Shown one piece after another: positions 63,386-64,000 of a stretch of 64,000 nt of DNA. A program made the translations under genes and the position numbers. This DNA comes from the human T2T-CHM13v2.0 reference genome, Homo sapiens. Within the stretch, counting starts at the first letter, position 1, and each line of letters starts with the position of its first letter. The stretch lies in NCBI RefSeq assembly GCF_009914755.1, contig NC_060947.1. One strand, written 5' to 3'. Under the pieces are notes generated by a model that saw only the letters and a list, made by a program, of their open reading frames with translations, did not search any database and was not told where the DNA came from.

Positions 63386-64000
63386 TCACTGTATTCCTTG
63401 TTTTTAAAAAATTAAGTGTTTTCTACTTTGATGGAGAAAATTTTAATCTCAATTTTGCCTTATTTTTCATTCTAAAATTACTAGATTGCATAATTATTTC
63501 CATAGCTTTGTACTTTGAATTGTTTTAGTACTAATTTTTTATTTTATTGTGTTATTTATTCATCTTGTTACTTATGTAGTGCTTTAAATTTATTTTTCAC
63601 TTCAAGAGTTTTTTTGTCTGTGTGAAGAATATCAACTCTACATATTATATAAAGACTAATTTTTCTGTATATATATTGTTCGAAGGTTGTTGACTTACTA
63701 TTTTTTCTTTTTTAAAACCTGTTTAATTAACAACTATTATATGTATTTATGGGGTACAATGTGATGTTTTGATATATGTATACAACTTAAGAGTTGCATC
63801 AGTTATAAAAGGTACTGGATAGAAGTGCAACACATTGTTTACCTCAGACTGGAGAAATTGTGGTTGTTAGTGTTTATTCTGCTATTCCATATTTTACAAG
63901 TTTCTATAAAAAGCATCTACTACTTTTTTAATCAGAAAAGAAATATTATTTTACATCAGGAAAATCAATATTAAATTCCCTCAGAGAGAATATACTATCA

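Overview
Primate (very probably human Xp11.22) genomic DNA from the XAGE cancer/testis gene cluster of the GAGE/PAGE/XAGE family. The window opens in the last intron of XAGE2, whose terminal exon (GEGKSQV*, AATAAA) is at ~1303-1412. It then holds three degenerate, intron-containing XAGE paralogs. Copy B (+, ~6.9-11.3 kb) has exons 1-4 and no exon 5. Copy C (-, ~37.1-32.5 kb) has lost exon 4. Copy D (+, ~46.2-47.9 kb, plus a detached exon 5 at 59.3 kb) has exon 4 replaced by a ~9 kb inverted block. Most other sequence is a mosaic of old direct and inverted duplicated blocks with Alu, L1 (including a near-full-length L1PB), LTR (MER21, MLT1, MLT2, MST) and MER47A insertions. The most interesting signal is in copy B: it is broken in the ancestral frame but keeps an intact spliced 68-aa ORF in the alternative reading frame used by XAGE1. 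Several multi-step template-switch scars can be read by comparing paralogous blocks. No prokaryotic-type system, CRISPR array or RNA gene was seen. Gene and repeat names come from recalled sequences, not database searches, and repeat boundaries are approximate.
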